The notes beneath the pieces are model-generated. The model had not been told where the DNA came from and did no database searches. It saw only the letters and a program-made list of their open reading frames with translations. Shown one piece after another: positions 1-12,765 of a stretch of DNA of 64,000 nucleotides. Position numbers and translations under genes: made by a program. Positions within the stretch are counted from its first letter, which is position 1. The number at the start of each line of letters is the position of its first letter. The stretch is from Okamejei kenojei (lineage: Eukaryota), in contig CM069131.1 in assembly GCA_035221665.1 (NCBI GenBank), positions 27,342,001-27,406,000 of the forward strand, read 5' to 3'.

Positions 1-455
1 CAAAGAACTCGGAGCGATGAATGTACCCTCAACGTCATCCGACAAAGTGTTCCGACATGAAAGGTCACCTGTCCATGTTCTTCATAGATGGTACCTGACA
101 TGCTGAGTTAATTGTACTTTTGGTGTCTAACTTCAGTACACCAGCATCTGCTGTTAGTGTTACTTCATAACAGCCTGCTTCCTACGGTTCGTTGTTGCAC
201 ATAATTTCTCTTAGAATTAAAATGAATCAAAATTCTAAACAGGGCCATCGTGTGGATATTTGTGATATTTTCTCTTTTAAAGATTTCATTCTTGTGTTCC
301 CATTTTTGAATTGCTTTTGGGAAATTCTATTTTAGGTACAAAATAAACGTGTTTTGTTTCTTCCCCCTTCATTCAAGACAACGCTATCTTGATTTTCTTT
401 CTGATTTGTTTCATTTTGCATCTTTCTCCCTATATCAACCCATATCAGTGAAAGA

Positions 456-550
456 TAGACGCAACATGCTGGAGTAACTCAGTGGGACAGGCAGCATCTC
501 TGGAGAGAATGAATGGGTGACGTTTTGGGTCGAGACCCTTCTTCAGTCTG
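456..550 (-). repeat. Penelope pLTR-derived short repeat (degenerate hammerhead core 519-546)
   Basis: gctggagtaactcag...gcagcatctctggag...gtgacgttttgggtcgagacccttcttcag. Related fragments at ~45-150, 1460-1578, 7045-7085, 8097-8160, 35222-35315 and 48088-48160. Confidence 0.75.
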
Positions 551-689
551 ACCATATCAGTGAAACTTCTACTTATCTAGAAATGGAGGTGAACCTCAAG
601 AAACTTGACAGATGATACAGCTGCAATCTGATTAGAACAATATCTTTAATAGCAGATTTAAATTTATTTGCTATGTTCAAGAAAGCCTC

Positions 690-1300
690 TACTTCTTCAG
701 AAGACAGGAAATGTGGCAATTCTCCAAAGGCTCTGGCCAATTTACACAGATGCAGCATAGAAGGCATCCTATCGGGATGCATGTCGCCTCGTTTGGCAAC
801 AGCTCTGCCCACAACTGGGAGAAATTGCAAAGTTGTGGATGTAGCTTAATCTATCATACAAACAAGCCTCTCCAAACCCTTCCCTCCCTCCGTCCCCCAT
901 TGACTCTTTCTATACTTCACGTTGCTCTCGGAAAACAACCAACAAAAGAAATGGCTGCTTATACCTTTTCTGGCCTCTCCCATCAGGTATAATACACAAG
1001 TTAGAAAGGAAGTACCAACAGATTCAGGAACAACTCCCCTGCTGTTATCATATTATTGAACAGTTCTCTCGTACACTAAGACACAGTCCTGATCTCTCAA
1101 CCCACCTTGTTGTGGCCCTTGCACTTTTCTTTTATCTGCACTTTGTCGTTGTAACACTGTATTCAGCATGTTGCTTATTTTTTTTCCTTTGCACTTGCTG
1201 TTGCAATTGTGTTATGGTTTGATTGTACTTGGGTATGATACTTGACTGACTAGAATGCATGCATATGCATTGGTACATGCGTCAATAATAAACCAATACC
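690..1300 (+). mobile_element. Decayed Rex1/Babar LINE 3' fragment
   Basis: YRCSIEGILSGC...FGNSSAHNWEKLQ-like coding remnant; tail tggtacatgcgtcaataataaaccaatacc. Similar remnants at ~29700-29940(-), 58780-59120(+) and 59890-60280(-). Confidence 0.65.
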
Positions 1301-2387
1301 AATATCAAATCACATGAATGAGGAGCTGTTTCTTTGGCAAAACAATAATTGTAGTTATTAATAACAGTATATCATTGTTTCAAATGAAAATATTTCAAAA
1401 TTGTCTTAATATTATACATTTCACCCCAAAAATCAGTTAGGTTGTATGATTTATGTTGGAGACACAAGAAACTGCAGATGATGGAGTATCAACCAAAAAA
1501 TAGACTACTGGAGAAACTCAGCAGGTCAGACAGGGGAGTGGAGGAAGACATCATTTTGGGTTGGGACACTTCTTCAGGTTGATCTGTCTGTTATGTAGTA
1601 TGTTATTAGGTCTAATATGTCTAATATCATTAGATTTGCATAATACTTTCTTGCCATTGCTAACTCTGTGGAAATGTTATGCAAACTGTTTGGTAATTTC
1701 AAAGAGGACTTTTCTGCAAGTTGTGCTGTAATTGCGAGTTCCCATCGGGTCACTCAGAATTGCCTGCCACAGGCTTTAAACTGTTGATTTTTTTAAAAAT
1801 CTATTTACATTTTTATTTCTTATTTTAGATTTAAGGCATTTCCCGAAGTTGTTCATTCTTCCCTGGCCACTTGCTTTTACTGAAACTCCTGCTCGGCTCC
1901 CTTCAATACAACACCATCTCATTTCAGTGTGCTACCTCATTTCAGAATAGTGTTGGCAGTGCCTCAGAAATTGGCTAATGCCTCTGAGAAATGGAGGCCA
2001 CATGAAAAAGGAGGATCCATTGCTCTTGTTCTTGTGTAATGGGTATGATTAAATGTAAATGGCTGGCTTCAAAATAACCACATTTGAAATGACTCGTGTT
2101 AGTTTGATCATAACCTGAATTATAGTGTACTTTGTCTCTAGGATTATTGGTTGGCAGAATTGGAGCAAATATCCAACAGTAAATAGAGCTCAAATATGAA
2201 TCTCAAATTACATGATGCATATAGAAAAGATGAAGGGTGGGTGGGGTCTATTGCCGCCAGTGTTTCACGCTAATGAGTACTGCAAGCATTCGTTATATCT
2301 TCCCTTTCGCATGCACTTAATGCTCTGTCATGTATCGATGTTTGAAAGTACACTACGCACTTGGCCAATGCTTCTTTTTGTTTTCAG

Positions 2388-2489
2388 GAAAGCGCCATGT
2401 CTGCTGCTGGAGAGGCTCCAGGTCTGACTGTACATTCCCATCCAGCAACAGCTGAAATGCATGCACGGGATTCTGAGTCCGACTCTGAG
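2388..2489 (+). CDS. Candidate upstream coding exon (ATG 2397; MSAAGEAPGLTVHSHPATAEMHARDSESDSE), possibly an N-terminal extension of arfaptin-1
   Basis: Strong acceptor cttctttttgttttcag, GCCATG Kozak-like start, 31 open codons, weak phase-0 donor GAG|gttatt. It would join in frame to exon 23495 (GAA CGT GTA ATG). Confidence 0.4.
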
Positions 2490-2619
2490 GTTATTACAAG
2501 ATTATGTTTCATAAAATTATCTAACCATGATTTAATGTTCGATCTTATGTGCTTAATCACTGCTTAACATTTTCATTCAATTAGTTGTACTTTGTCTCAA
2601 ACAATAAAAGAATGAATGT

Positions 2620-3600
2620 TTATTGGCCAAGTATGTACACATACAAGGAATTTGCCTTGGTGGTCTGCTCGCAAGTAACAACACGACATACAGTAAACCA
2701 TTAAGAATAAAACATAAAACATTAAAACATTAAGAATAAAACTTTATAGTTTAAACATGTGAATTAAATAAAATACCAGAGCAAAAGGAGGCTTCAGATT
2801 TTTGGTTATTCAGTAGAGCTACTGCTCATGGAAAAAAGCTGTTTTTAACATATAACATATAACAATTACAGCACGGAAACAGGCCCTCTCGGCCATTCCA
2901 GTCCGTGCCGACCATTTGTTTTCCCCTAGTCCCATCTACCTGCACTCAGACCATACCCCTCCATTCCCTTCACGTCCATATACCTATGTCTTGCTGTGGC
3001 AGCTTTGACAGACTGGAGTCGCCTTCCAGAGGGAAGTGCTCCAAAGGGTTTGTGGCCAGGGTGAGAAGGGTCAGAGAGCATACCCGCTCGCTTCCTGGCC
3101 CTTGCAGTATATAGTTCGTCAATGGGGGGGGGGAAGGTTGCAGCCAACAACTTTCTCAGCTGATCGAACGATGTGGTGCAGACTCCGGATGTCGTGCTTG
3201 GTGGCTGAGCCAAACCAGACCATGATGGAGAAGGTGAGGACAGACTCTACGATGGCAGTAGAAAATTGGACCATCATTGCCTGAGGCAGATTGTGTTTCC
3301 TCAGCTGCTGCAGGAAGTACATCCTCTGTTCTTTTTAACTGTGAAGTTGATGGTGGCTCCCCATTTAAGGTCCTTGGAGATGATGGTTCCAAGGAACTTG
3401 AAGGACTCCACAGATGTGACTGTGGTATTGTTGATGGTGAGTGGGGTGAGGGGAGGGAGAGCTCTTAAAGTCAACAATCAATTCCACCGTCTTAAGAGCA
3501 TTGAGCTTCAGGTTGTTCCGAAGGCACCAGGATGCCAGCTATGCCACTTCCTGTCTGTAGGCAGATTCCTTCCCATCCTGGATCAGTCCATTCAGGGTTG
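2620..3600 (-). mobile_element. Rex1/Babar LINE 3' fragment (RT end and tail), interrupted by a CR1 tail at ~2847-2986
   Basis: MYFLQQLRKHNLPQAMMVQFSTAIVESVLTFSIMVWFGS...HPGHKPFGALPSGRR; tail gcaaattccttgtatg...tacttggccaataaa. Confidence 0.88.
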
Positions 3601-4199
3601 AATCATAGTTAACTGCGCTTGAAATAATTTCCTAAAATGCAAAGTTTCTGTTATAATTTGTAACAGTATTGGAAGGAGCTCATGGATTTGTTTTTAGGTG
3701 CTTAAGTCAAGGCAATCTAGTTACTTGTTTTGCCTCTTTCCTTCTCTTTGTCCATACACACATGGATGTTCTCTGCGCATGATACTTGACCAAGTTAATT
3801 TTGTCCTATCCTCAGCCTTTTTTATCCAAGATTAATTTGTCAGTGGGATCCACACTTGCTGATTTGATCACTTTCTGCCGAACTGACCACCTCTCTTCAT
3901 CAGTTGTTAGCAGGTAGTCTAACGAGTTCTCTTAAAATCTTGTTTCCCCTCTTAAATCTAACATCACAAACCTGTTCCAACATGAACCACCAAAATAAGT
4001 TGCACTGTTTATCTTTTAATATTAGATGAGCAGACATTTCCTCAATTAAATATAGCTAATGTTGAAACCCCTTTTTTTTTTTTTTGGTCCCAACTTAGTA
4101 ATCTGCTACACCATCATAATTTCCAACTCGGTTAATAGTTTGAGACTGTGCAAGATCATTTGCTCTCTCCATGTTATACTTCACACAGATCTCATTCCC

Positions 4200-5370
4200 C
4201 ACATACATTGTCCATCACTAAGACTGCCCCTTCCTCAGACTAGCTTTTGCTCAAACTTTCAACTAAACTTGTGTCGTCTGTCCCCTTCCTTCCCAACATT
4301 GTTTATTTAAAATCAACTATTCTGGTTTCCAATTCTCTCACTGAATTGAAGCAGCTCTAATCAAAATCATACATGTTACACTTTGTAGCCTTGATTATAA
4401 TCAACTATTCATCCCCGTTGTTGATCTTTCAGTGGTCTTTGACACTACTCACGATTCTATTACACCTTGCTGCAACTGTCTTAATTTTTACGAATATGGA
4501 ACTGCCCTTGCTTGATTCCTTTCTTATTTATTAAATAGTGAAAGAATCAATACCCACTCTTAAACCATTAGCATTGGAGTATCTGTGTTTTCTTATGTCA
4601 TACCTACACGCTGCTTGGTGGTATTATTTAATCTCTTTGTCTAGCTTCACATGACATAAATGATGCTAGCTTCACTTCATAAACTATTATTAGGTGGCAA
4701 AGTTTTTGGTCCCTACTACAAAATCAACTCCATGGCTATAATTCACAACTCTATTCGTGATTTGGTGCTGTACACACCCACTTGCTATCACCGTGTTACA
4801 CTTCACATGTATCTTGGTTTTCCAAGATATTCATGGCCCACTAAGACTGTCCCTTTCTCAACTCAACTTTTGCTGACGCTTTTGGCCCTAGACAGTCTTT
4901 ATATTTCCTCCCACGTATGAATTTGTGTTTATTCATTGTGTGCCATTCCTTCTGAAACTTGTTGCAAATCTTGTTCACCCATCACGCCCATGCTTGTTGA
5001 CTGGCTCTGGCTGTGCTGCAACAAGACACCGACTTTAATATTCTCATCCTTGGTGTCAAGTCCCAGCATAGCTCTAATGCTCACTTGCTCCTCTATCACC
5101 ATCCTCACTTCATCTACATCATCTGTGAAATCTTTGCCGCCCTAGTCAAGCCTTTCAGCCAATTGTGGTCTCTTGTGTGGTTTTCTTGGCACTATTAGTG
5201 GGAAAGATTGCAGTAGATTTACCTCCCTTGTATCTGGAATTATCTCTGTCTTGGTTTAAGATATTCCTTAAAACGAAGTCTTCGATCATTTCTGTGGCTC
5301 ACTGAGCAATTTTATGTTGGATTGTGGGCATCTTTGAAAGTTTTATTATGTTAGGGTGCTATTTAAATTT
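4200..5370 (+). mobile_element. Old L2-type LINE fragment
   Basis: gaagcagctctaatcaaa (E-ALIK) and gttgatctttcagtggtctttgacact (DLS-FDT) RT motifs; L2-like tail near 5340-5368. Confidence 0.55.
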
Positions 5371-5659
5371 TAATTACCATTTGTAGAGGAGAATGTAAAT
5401 CTCCTTAACTATTATGTTTAAAGGGATGACCTTTTGCTTTATAGTTTAGCAATGTTGTTTTCAGCTACTTCTGAAAGTTATGTTACTTTTAGAATCTAAG
5501 AGGTGACATGCTGTTGTCCTCTTTGTCAGTGTGGCAATTTTCTGTTTAAGTTGAGCAGTAAATTACAGAGATATCTGTTGTTATCCATAGATAACTTGCA
5601 GTTACCCACCATCTGGCTCTGTAGAATACCTAGGTTGCTGTTGTCAAAGTTATGACACC

Positions 5660-6280
5660 AGGTAGACAAGGTGGTTAAGGTGACTTTTGGTATAATGGCC
5701 TTCATCAGTCGGGGGATTGAGTATAGAAGTTGCGATGTTATGTTACAGTTATACAATGTGTTGGTGAGGCCCCATCAGGAGTATTGTGTTCCGTTTTGGT
5801 CACCTTGCTAAAGGAAGAATGTCATTAAGCTGGAAGGACGCAGAGAAGATTTACAAGAAGGTTTCCAGGCCTCGAGGTCTGAGCTGCAGAGAGAGGTTGG
5901 GCAAGCATGACTTTATTTCTTGGTGCAGGAGGCTGAGAGGTGATCTTATAGAGGTGTATAAGATCATGAAGGGAATATAGGTTGAATGCACAGAGACCTA
6001 TACCCAGAGTAGGGGAATGAAGAACCAAAGGACATTGGTTTAAGGTGAGAGGGGAAAGATTTAATAGGCACCTGTGAAGCAACCTTTTCACATAGACGGT
6101 GGGAAAGAGCTGCCAAAGAAGGTAGTTGAGGCAGGTACATTAATACCATTTAAAAGACATTTGGACAGGTACATGGATAGGAAAGCTTTAGTGGGTTATG
6201 AACCAAACTTTGGAAATCTTGGTTGGCATGGACATAGTGGGCTGATGGGCCTGTTTCCTTGCTGTGTGATTCTGACTATT
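5660..6280 (+). mobile_element. CR1 LINE 3' fragment
   Basis: RRLRGDLIEVYKIMKG and FKRHLDRYM motifs; tail gggctgatgggcctgtttc. Confidence 0.85.
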
Positions 6281-6710
6281 TAAAAATTAAAAAAAAACTG
6301 TAGATTGTAACATTGCATATACTGGACGATCAGCAGGATTATCGACAGAATTAAACAAATTTGCTGGTTTTGCTGTCGGGCTGATATCTTGGACTATTTG
6401 GTCACTTGGAATTATTGAGGAACGTTTCTCTACCTCTTGGCTATAATCAAGCTTTCAACTTAGAAATGTCATTTTGAAAGTTGCCCATTGATTTATAGAA
6501 GAAATATAGTTAGCAGCAACATTTAATTTCAGATTAATATTATTGTAGTGAAAATGTATTTATGTTGAAGCAATGATTGACAGTGATTTACATGAGTGGA
6601 TGTCGGAGCACTTTAATTGGAAAAGACCACCATATTTTATTCATCGCATCCTTTGTGCCAATTAAAGATTTTCACTGCTCTGGAATTGCTCCCGAACATA
6701 ATCATTATTA

Positions 6711-6860
6711 CAGCTGCTCCTCGACCCATGATGGGGTTACGTTTGATAAACCCATCGAAAATATCGTAAGTAGAAAACGCATTTAATACAATTTTGGTCA
6801 CGTGACCGGAAGTGGCATGCGGCTCGTTGCCGAGCGTTTGCACCATCGTAAATATCGTTT
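6711..6860 (+). mobile_element. Tigger/pogo-type DNA transposon end (MER47/Tigger5-like)
   Basis: TA|CAGCTGCTCCTCGACCCATGATGGGGTTACGTTTGATAAACCCATCG...AAAATATCGTAAGT...GCATTTAATAC resembles the MER47/Tigger5 terminus as recalled. Confidence 0.55.
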
Positions 6861-8218
6861 GCCAAGTGCTCCATTAGATAGTCAGAGTGAAAAAGGTGAA
6901 AAGAAAACCGTGGTGGTGCACGTTTTCTGCCCAGTGTATCGCAATTTAATAAAGCGAGTCATGTTCCTACTGAATGGGCAAGAGTAAGAGTGTGCAAATC
7001 CCAGATTAACAATCAGAATTATTTTTCCTAAATAGCATGCATGAAAGAGATGCTGTCTGAGCTGCTGAGTTACTCCAGCATTTGGGTCCCCGTGCAGTGA
7101 TATTAGCAGTAGTCTGACATCGGACTTGTCAAGGGGTCTAACCACATAGTGCTAACTTCCACAAGTTTATCTGGAAAAATCTGCTGCTGAGCCTGTTTCA
7201 GGTTTGACCTGCTGCAGGTTCAGCAACTGCAATTCAATGCACTGGAACTAGGGAGAAGTGTCAATTTTGGATAATTTGTGTTCTTAATTACATTTGTTTA
7301 ACCTAAATCTATTTAAAATTGAACATTGAAAAATGAGAGCGGGAGTAGGCTGTTGGACCTTTCCAGGCTGCTGTACCAATGAGCACATTCATGGATGGTC
7401 CTTTTTTTGTAAAGCCATGTTCCTCCTTCCACGCAGAGCCTTTGATGCCTTTCCTGCCAGAAATCAATCTATCTCAAATGTATTTGGTGAGTTAGTCTCC
7501 AGTCTTCAGTGGGGGTGAATTCCACAGCATCACCACCATGCCAATGAAGGAATTTCTTCTTGTTTCATTCTTAAATATCTTCCTGTGACTGAATCTGGAC
7601 TAACGAGAAATGTCCAACCTGTCAAACCTTGTCGGAATCTTCTAAATTTGAGTGAACACAGGCCTTGACTGTCTAGTCTCTTATCCGTTGTCTATCCTTC
7701 CATCCCAGAAATTGATGCATTTGCCAAGTATATTATTTTCATAAGAGGTCCTTGCTTCTGTAATTTAAACCCTTTGCTGCGAGGACCAATATACTTTTAA
7801 TTTCATTGCCTGCGATTTTGTTTTCAGTGACTGTCAAGCAAGGATAACTGGATAACTTTGTACATAAATATGTCATCTCCCATTATTTAAATAGAACTCT
7901 ACATGTTTTTCTTACTGTAGGAAATACATTCAAATTTACCTATGTTAATTCCATAACTGCCATGTATTTTCGCACTCAATCAAGTTCTCTATATCCTCCT
8001 TGCAATCCAGCTTCAACCTAGAAAAACAGAACACTTCTGCTCCAGCATGTATTTCCGTACCACAAATTGGACGTGACACAAGTGATGAATAAGGGACAGA
8101 CGCAAAGCTGGAGTAACTGAGCAAGAGTAAAGGAATAGGTGACATTTTGTGTCAAGACTCTTTTGGGGAATTCTACTTGCCTAATGCAACTAATGCAATT
8201 TTGACAGGGAACATTTTA

Positions 8219-8529
8219 GGGGTGGCACAGCGATCGAGTTGCTGTCGTACAGCGCTTACAGCGTCAGAGACCCGGGTTCGATCCTGACTACGAGTGCTTG
8301 TCTGTACGGAGATTGTACGTTTTCCCTGTGACCGCATGGGTTTTCTCCGAGATCTTTGGATTCCTCCCACACTCCAAAGACATACAGGTTTGTAGGTTAA
8401 TTGGCTTGGTATAATTGTAAATTGTCACTCGTGTGAGTAGGATAGTCCTAGTGTACGGGGATCGCTGGTCAGAGCGGACTGGGTAGGCCGAAGGGCCTGT
8501 TTCCACACTGTATCTAAACTAAACTAAAC
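8219..8529 (+). mobile_element. HE1/V-SINE family tRNA-derived SINE, full length
   Basis: Box A-like TGGCACAGCG, box B GGGTTCGATCC, V-domain gggttttctcc...ttcctcccacactccaaaga, CR1-like tail gggccgaagggcctgtttc and (taaac)n. Confidence 0.88.
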
Positions 8530-9235
8530 AAGAGAACCACTTAATAGTTATTTTGGAAATTGATAAACAGAAGAAAATATCCACTATTTAAACAAGTAGC
8601 AGCTGCTACTCTCAAAGTGGGTGGTCATTGAAAGGTACAAGTAATATTGACACTTGTGCAACCATATTGTATTAAACAGTGTAACACACAACCTTTAGTA
8701 TTTCCGCTTGCGGTAGCAATAATAAACTTACTGCTTTTGAAAAGACTTTACAGTAGGAAATCCTGTGGGAAAAAATTGTTATTACGAAATTGAAACTCCC
8801 CAGCTCCTAACTCCCTTTTTTTCATTGACGCAATGGTCTTTACGGCACTTTTTTTTTCTGTAACATGAGGCTTACTTAGAAATGCAACTACTGTGTTATA
8901 TCAGAACTACCTCTGCCACATCCAGTCCCCTCGGGTGAATTATTGATAAATGTGTGGGTGTATGTATTTAAAAATTGTGAGACTAATTTTTGTTATTTTC
9001 AATAATCAAACTATTCAAATATTATTACATTTAGTAAGTTGGCAAAGTGGTTTGTTTTTGATTGGAAGGCCCTGGGCTTGGAAGGATTTTTGATTAAAAC
9101 TTGATTTAGTAGCCTGATTATTTGTTAGTTGTTTTTTATTTGCCCAGGAAATACGTTGAGATAGTAGTTTTGTGATATACTCCCCAGAGAGAAAGAGGCA
9201 TGAAAAGCCTTGAGAATACAATATCATGATATATC

Positions 9236-9733
9236 ATAGACAATAGGTGCAGGAGTAGGCCATTCGGCCCTTCGTGCCAGCACCGCCATTCAATGTGATC
9301 ATGGCTGATCATCCCCAAGCAGTACACCATTCCTGCCTTCTCCCCATATCCCCTGACTCTGCTATTTTTAAGAGTCCTATCTAGCTCTCTTGAAAGCATC
9401 CAGAGAACCTGCCTCCACCGCCGTCTGAGGCAGAGAATTCCACAGACTCACCACTCTCTGTGAGAAAAAGTGTTTCCTCGTCTCCGTTCTAAATGGCTTA
9501 CTCCTTATTCTTAAACTGTGGCCCCTGGTTCTGGACTCCCCCAACATCGGGAACATGTTTCCTGCCTCTAGCGTGTCCAAGCCCTTAGCAATCTTATATG
9601 TTTCAATGAAATCCCCTCTCATCCTAAACTCCAGAGTGTACAAGCTCAGCTGCTCCATTCTCTCAACATATGACAGTCCTGCCATCCCAGGAACTAACCT
9701 TGTAAACCTACGCTGCACTCCCTCAATAGCAAG
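9236..9733 (-). mobile_element. CR1 LINE 3' fragment (young)
   Basis: ORF QRRFTRLVPGMAGLSYVER...RGHSLRI...FFSQRVVSLWNSLP; tail gggccgaatggcctactcctgcacctattgtctat. Confidence 0.92.
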
Positions 9734-10299
9734 ATCACTTCAGGTGCAACTCGTCACTTATGTGACCTCTGGCAATTTGAACAAAATGATATGTCTCTGT
9801 ATACTTTTCAGTCAACTGACCCATCAGCCTTTGGGAACACTAATGTCCTAAAGAGGGAAAAGGATGATGGAAGCATCTTCTGAGAATGAATAAACACATT
9901 TATTACCGGCTAGTGTTAACAATACTGGGATCTTGCTCATAGGAAATCTGCTACAGGAGAACATGGCTGTGGGAACAATGAACACAGTTGGGCAGGTACA
10001 TGAGTAGGACAGGTGTGGAAGGATATGGGCCAAGCGCAGGCAGATGGGACTAGTGTAGCTGGGGCATGTTGGCCGATGTGGGCAAGTTGGGCCGAAGGGC
10101 CTGTTTCTACACTGTATCTCTCTCTGACTCTATAAAGCAAGTGGTATGATTTATGCTCTGACAGACGGCAGAATTGATTCGGTCCCTGGGCTTGGGATTA
10201 AAATTGCTCACTCATTGCATTTTAAAACCAAACTGAGTTTGCACCTTAATATTAAGTCGAATGTTGAAGAAGAACTTGAAGTTGAACTGTAGTATTTAT

Positions 10300-11998
10300 T
10301 TACAGTGAATATAGGGAGTGAGGCAAAAGGTTAAAGCAGGACCTCCAGGATGGTGATCTCCGAATTACTCCTGGTGCCACATCCTAGTGAGGGTAGGAAA
10401 GGAAGGTAGGACATGGCTGAGGAGCTGGTGGAGAGGTCAGGAATTCAGATCTTTGGACCTTTGCAATCTCTTCTTGGGCAAAGGTTATCTATACAAGAGG
10501 CACGAGTTGCACATGAAGTGGAGAGGGACCAAAATCTTGCTGACAGGTGTGCTGGTGCTCCTCGGGTGTGTTTAAAGTAGGTGCATTAGTAAGGCAGGTG
10601 GGAGGCTGGATGTTGGGTCAGGAGTCAATGACAGCAAATTGAGTAGACAGGAAAAAGCATGACGGAGTGAGGAAGGGCAGTTGGGTTAAATTGAATTTAT
10701 TTCTATGCTAGAGTCCTGATAGGCAGGGTGGATGAAGTTGGGGCATGGATAGGTACGTTCATTTGGTATGTTAATGTTCCAGACTCAGGTGAGTTAGAGG
10801 TGGGGGTAAACGACGTGGAGGGGTTGCTTTATTGATTAAGGAGGACATCACAGCAGTAGCCTGAGATAACATTACTGAAGGATCTTCCAGTGAGGCTATA
10901 TGAATGGAGCTGAGATAAAAAGGGAATAATCATCTTGTTGGGAGTGTACTATAGGCCCCCAAAAAGTCCATGGAAGTTAGAGGAACAAAAATGCCGGGAT
11001 ATTACAGGCAGCTGCAAGGCTTATGGGGTTGTCATAGTGGGGATTTTAACTTGCCTTATGCAGACTGGGACTGCCATAAGGCCAAGGGCTTAGAGGGGGT
11101 GGAATCTGTCAAACACGTTCAGGAAAGTTTCCTCAGACAATATGTAGAGGCCCCTCCAAGGAAGAGGGCAATGCTTGACTTGCATTTGAGAATTGGGTTG
11201 GGTAAGTGATAGGAATGTCAGTGGGTGAGCCTCTTGCAACCAGTGACCTCAGTAATATTAACTTGTGGACCAGCACTTATTTGCCATAACTATTTTGAAC
11301 TTCTAAATTGAGGCAAGGCTAACTTTGAGTTAGACAGGAACTTGCTAAAGTTGATTGGAATTGTTTGTTTGTGTGTCCTGAAATTGGGATGCTTGTAAAA
11401 ATGTAAGAGTGAGAGCTCAAGGTATGCATGTTCCCTTTAGAGTGAATGGCAGGGGAGGTAAGAGAAAGGAACTCTGGATGATCAGGGAAATTGAGGCTCT
11501 GGCCAAGAAAAAGGAGGAGGTATGGTCAGGAATAGGTAGCTAATATCAAGTATTTACCTGGAAGAGTATAGGGGATTGAGGAACATTCTTAAGAAAGAAA
11601 TCGGGAGGTCAAAGGGGTAAAAAAATACCTCTAACAGATAAGATTAAGGAGAATTTAAAAGAGTAACAAGAGGGAATAGGGCATCCTCAGACACTAAAGA
11701 GAAGCTGCAGGAGATGGGCAAGGTCCTCAATGAATATTTCTCCTTTGCTTTTATTGTGCAAAAGGACATGAAGATTAGGGAACTTGGAACATTAAATGGA
11801 GATATCTTGAAGACAGTTCGTATACTGCCACAATCGGAGGTGCTGGGCATCCAAAGACGTGTGAAGGTGGACAAATCTTGTGGGCCCGATGAGATATATC
11901 CAGACTCTGTGGGAAGCTAGAAAAGAAAGTACAGGAGTCCTGGCTGAGATATGCGAATCATTGTTAGAAATGGATGAGCTGCTGGAAGACTCGAGGCT
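10300..11998 (+). mobile_element. CR1 (HER1-like) LINE fragment: ORF1 esterase C-terminus plus ORF2 AP-endonuclease and linker
   Basis: WLRSWWRGQEFR...LYKRHELHMKWRGT (DGLH-type esterase motif); GVYYRPP, GDFNLP and LNEYF motifs; many stops. Confidence 0.85.
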
Positions 11999-12003
11999 GG
12001 CAA

Positions 12004-12765
12004 CATACCACCAGGGGCGACGTACGATGGGCAGCCTCGCCAACTGTCTGTTTTTTTGGGGTTTTTTGTCTTTTTTAACTTACTTTTTAGTGTGTTTTAA
12101 AAGGTAGTGTAAATGTTCTCTGGTTTGTTTTTTCTGGTGGGCAGGGCGATCGGGTGAACCTTTTTGTTCAATCTCATACCTTGCGGGAGATGCGATTGTT
12201 TTCTGGATCGTATCTCCGGTTGTTCAGCGGCCACACATCACGGAGCTGGAGGCCTCTCGGGACTGACTTTGAGCCCCACGGCGGGGCGTGGACTTACCAT
12301 CAGAGCCGATCCCTTGCCTGGGATCGATGCTCCAACCGCGGCCCGTGGACTTTAACATCAAGGGCTTGCAGTCTCGGGAGAGACCAGAGTCAGGAAGCAC
12401 CGGAAGCCGCACGACGTTCAACTAGCCCCGTCCCAGGGTAGATCACCCAACGTGGGGGAGCTGAGATTCCCCCCCGGTGCAGCTTGATCGGCCCGAGGAG
12501 GAAGGCCGGCACCGGCTACGGGGGTAAGATCGTCCCGTCAATGGAAGGCTCGAGGCCCCTGACCGCTGGATGACAAAGAAGGGTAGAGATTTAAGTTTTT
12601 TTGCTTCCATTACAGTGAGGAATGTGGAGGCATCAATGTGGTGAAGATTTATGTTAAAATGTATTTTGTGTGTTCCGTTGCTTTTAATTTGTGTGACTGA
12701 CTTGGCAAATGAAATTCCTCATATGTTGCAAAACATACTTGGCTAATAAAGTATTATTATATTGT
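12004..12765 (+). mobile_element. GC/CpG-rich non-coding retroelement with a Rex1-like 3' tail
   Basis: The tail gcaaatgaaattcctcatatgttgcaaaacatacttggctaataaa resembles the Rex1 tail at 2620-2660. No coherent ORF; internal tggactt..catc repeats. Confidence 0.6.

Noticed and set aside
1829-2042. Possible 5' UTR exon (ttattttag| ... TGG|gtatga)
   Set aside because: Only splice-like signals support it; it cannot be confirmed without transcripts.
8219-8290. tRNA-like sequence with A and B boxes
   Set aside because: It is the head of an HE1/V-SINE and continues into the SINE body and tail; not a tRNA gene.
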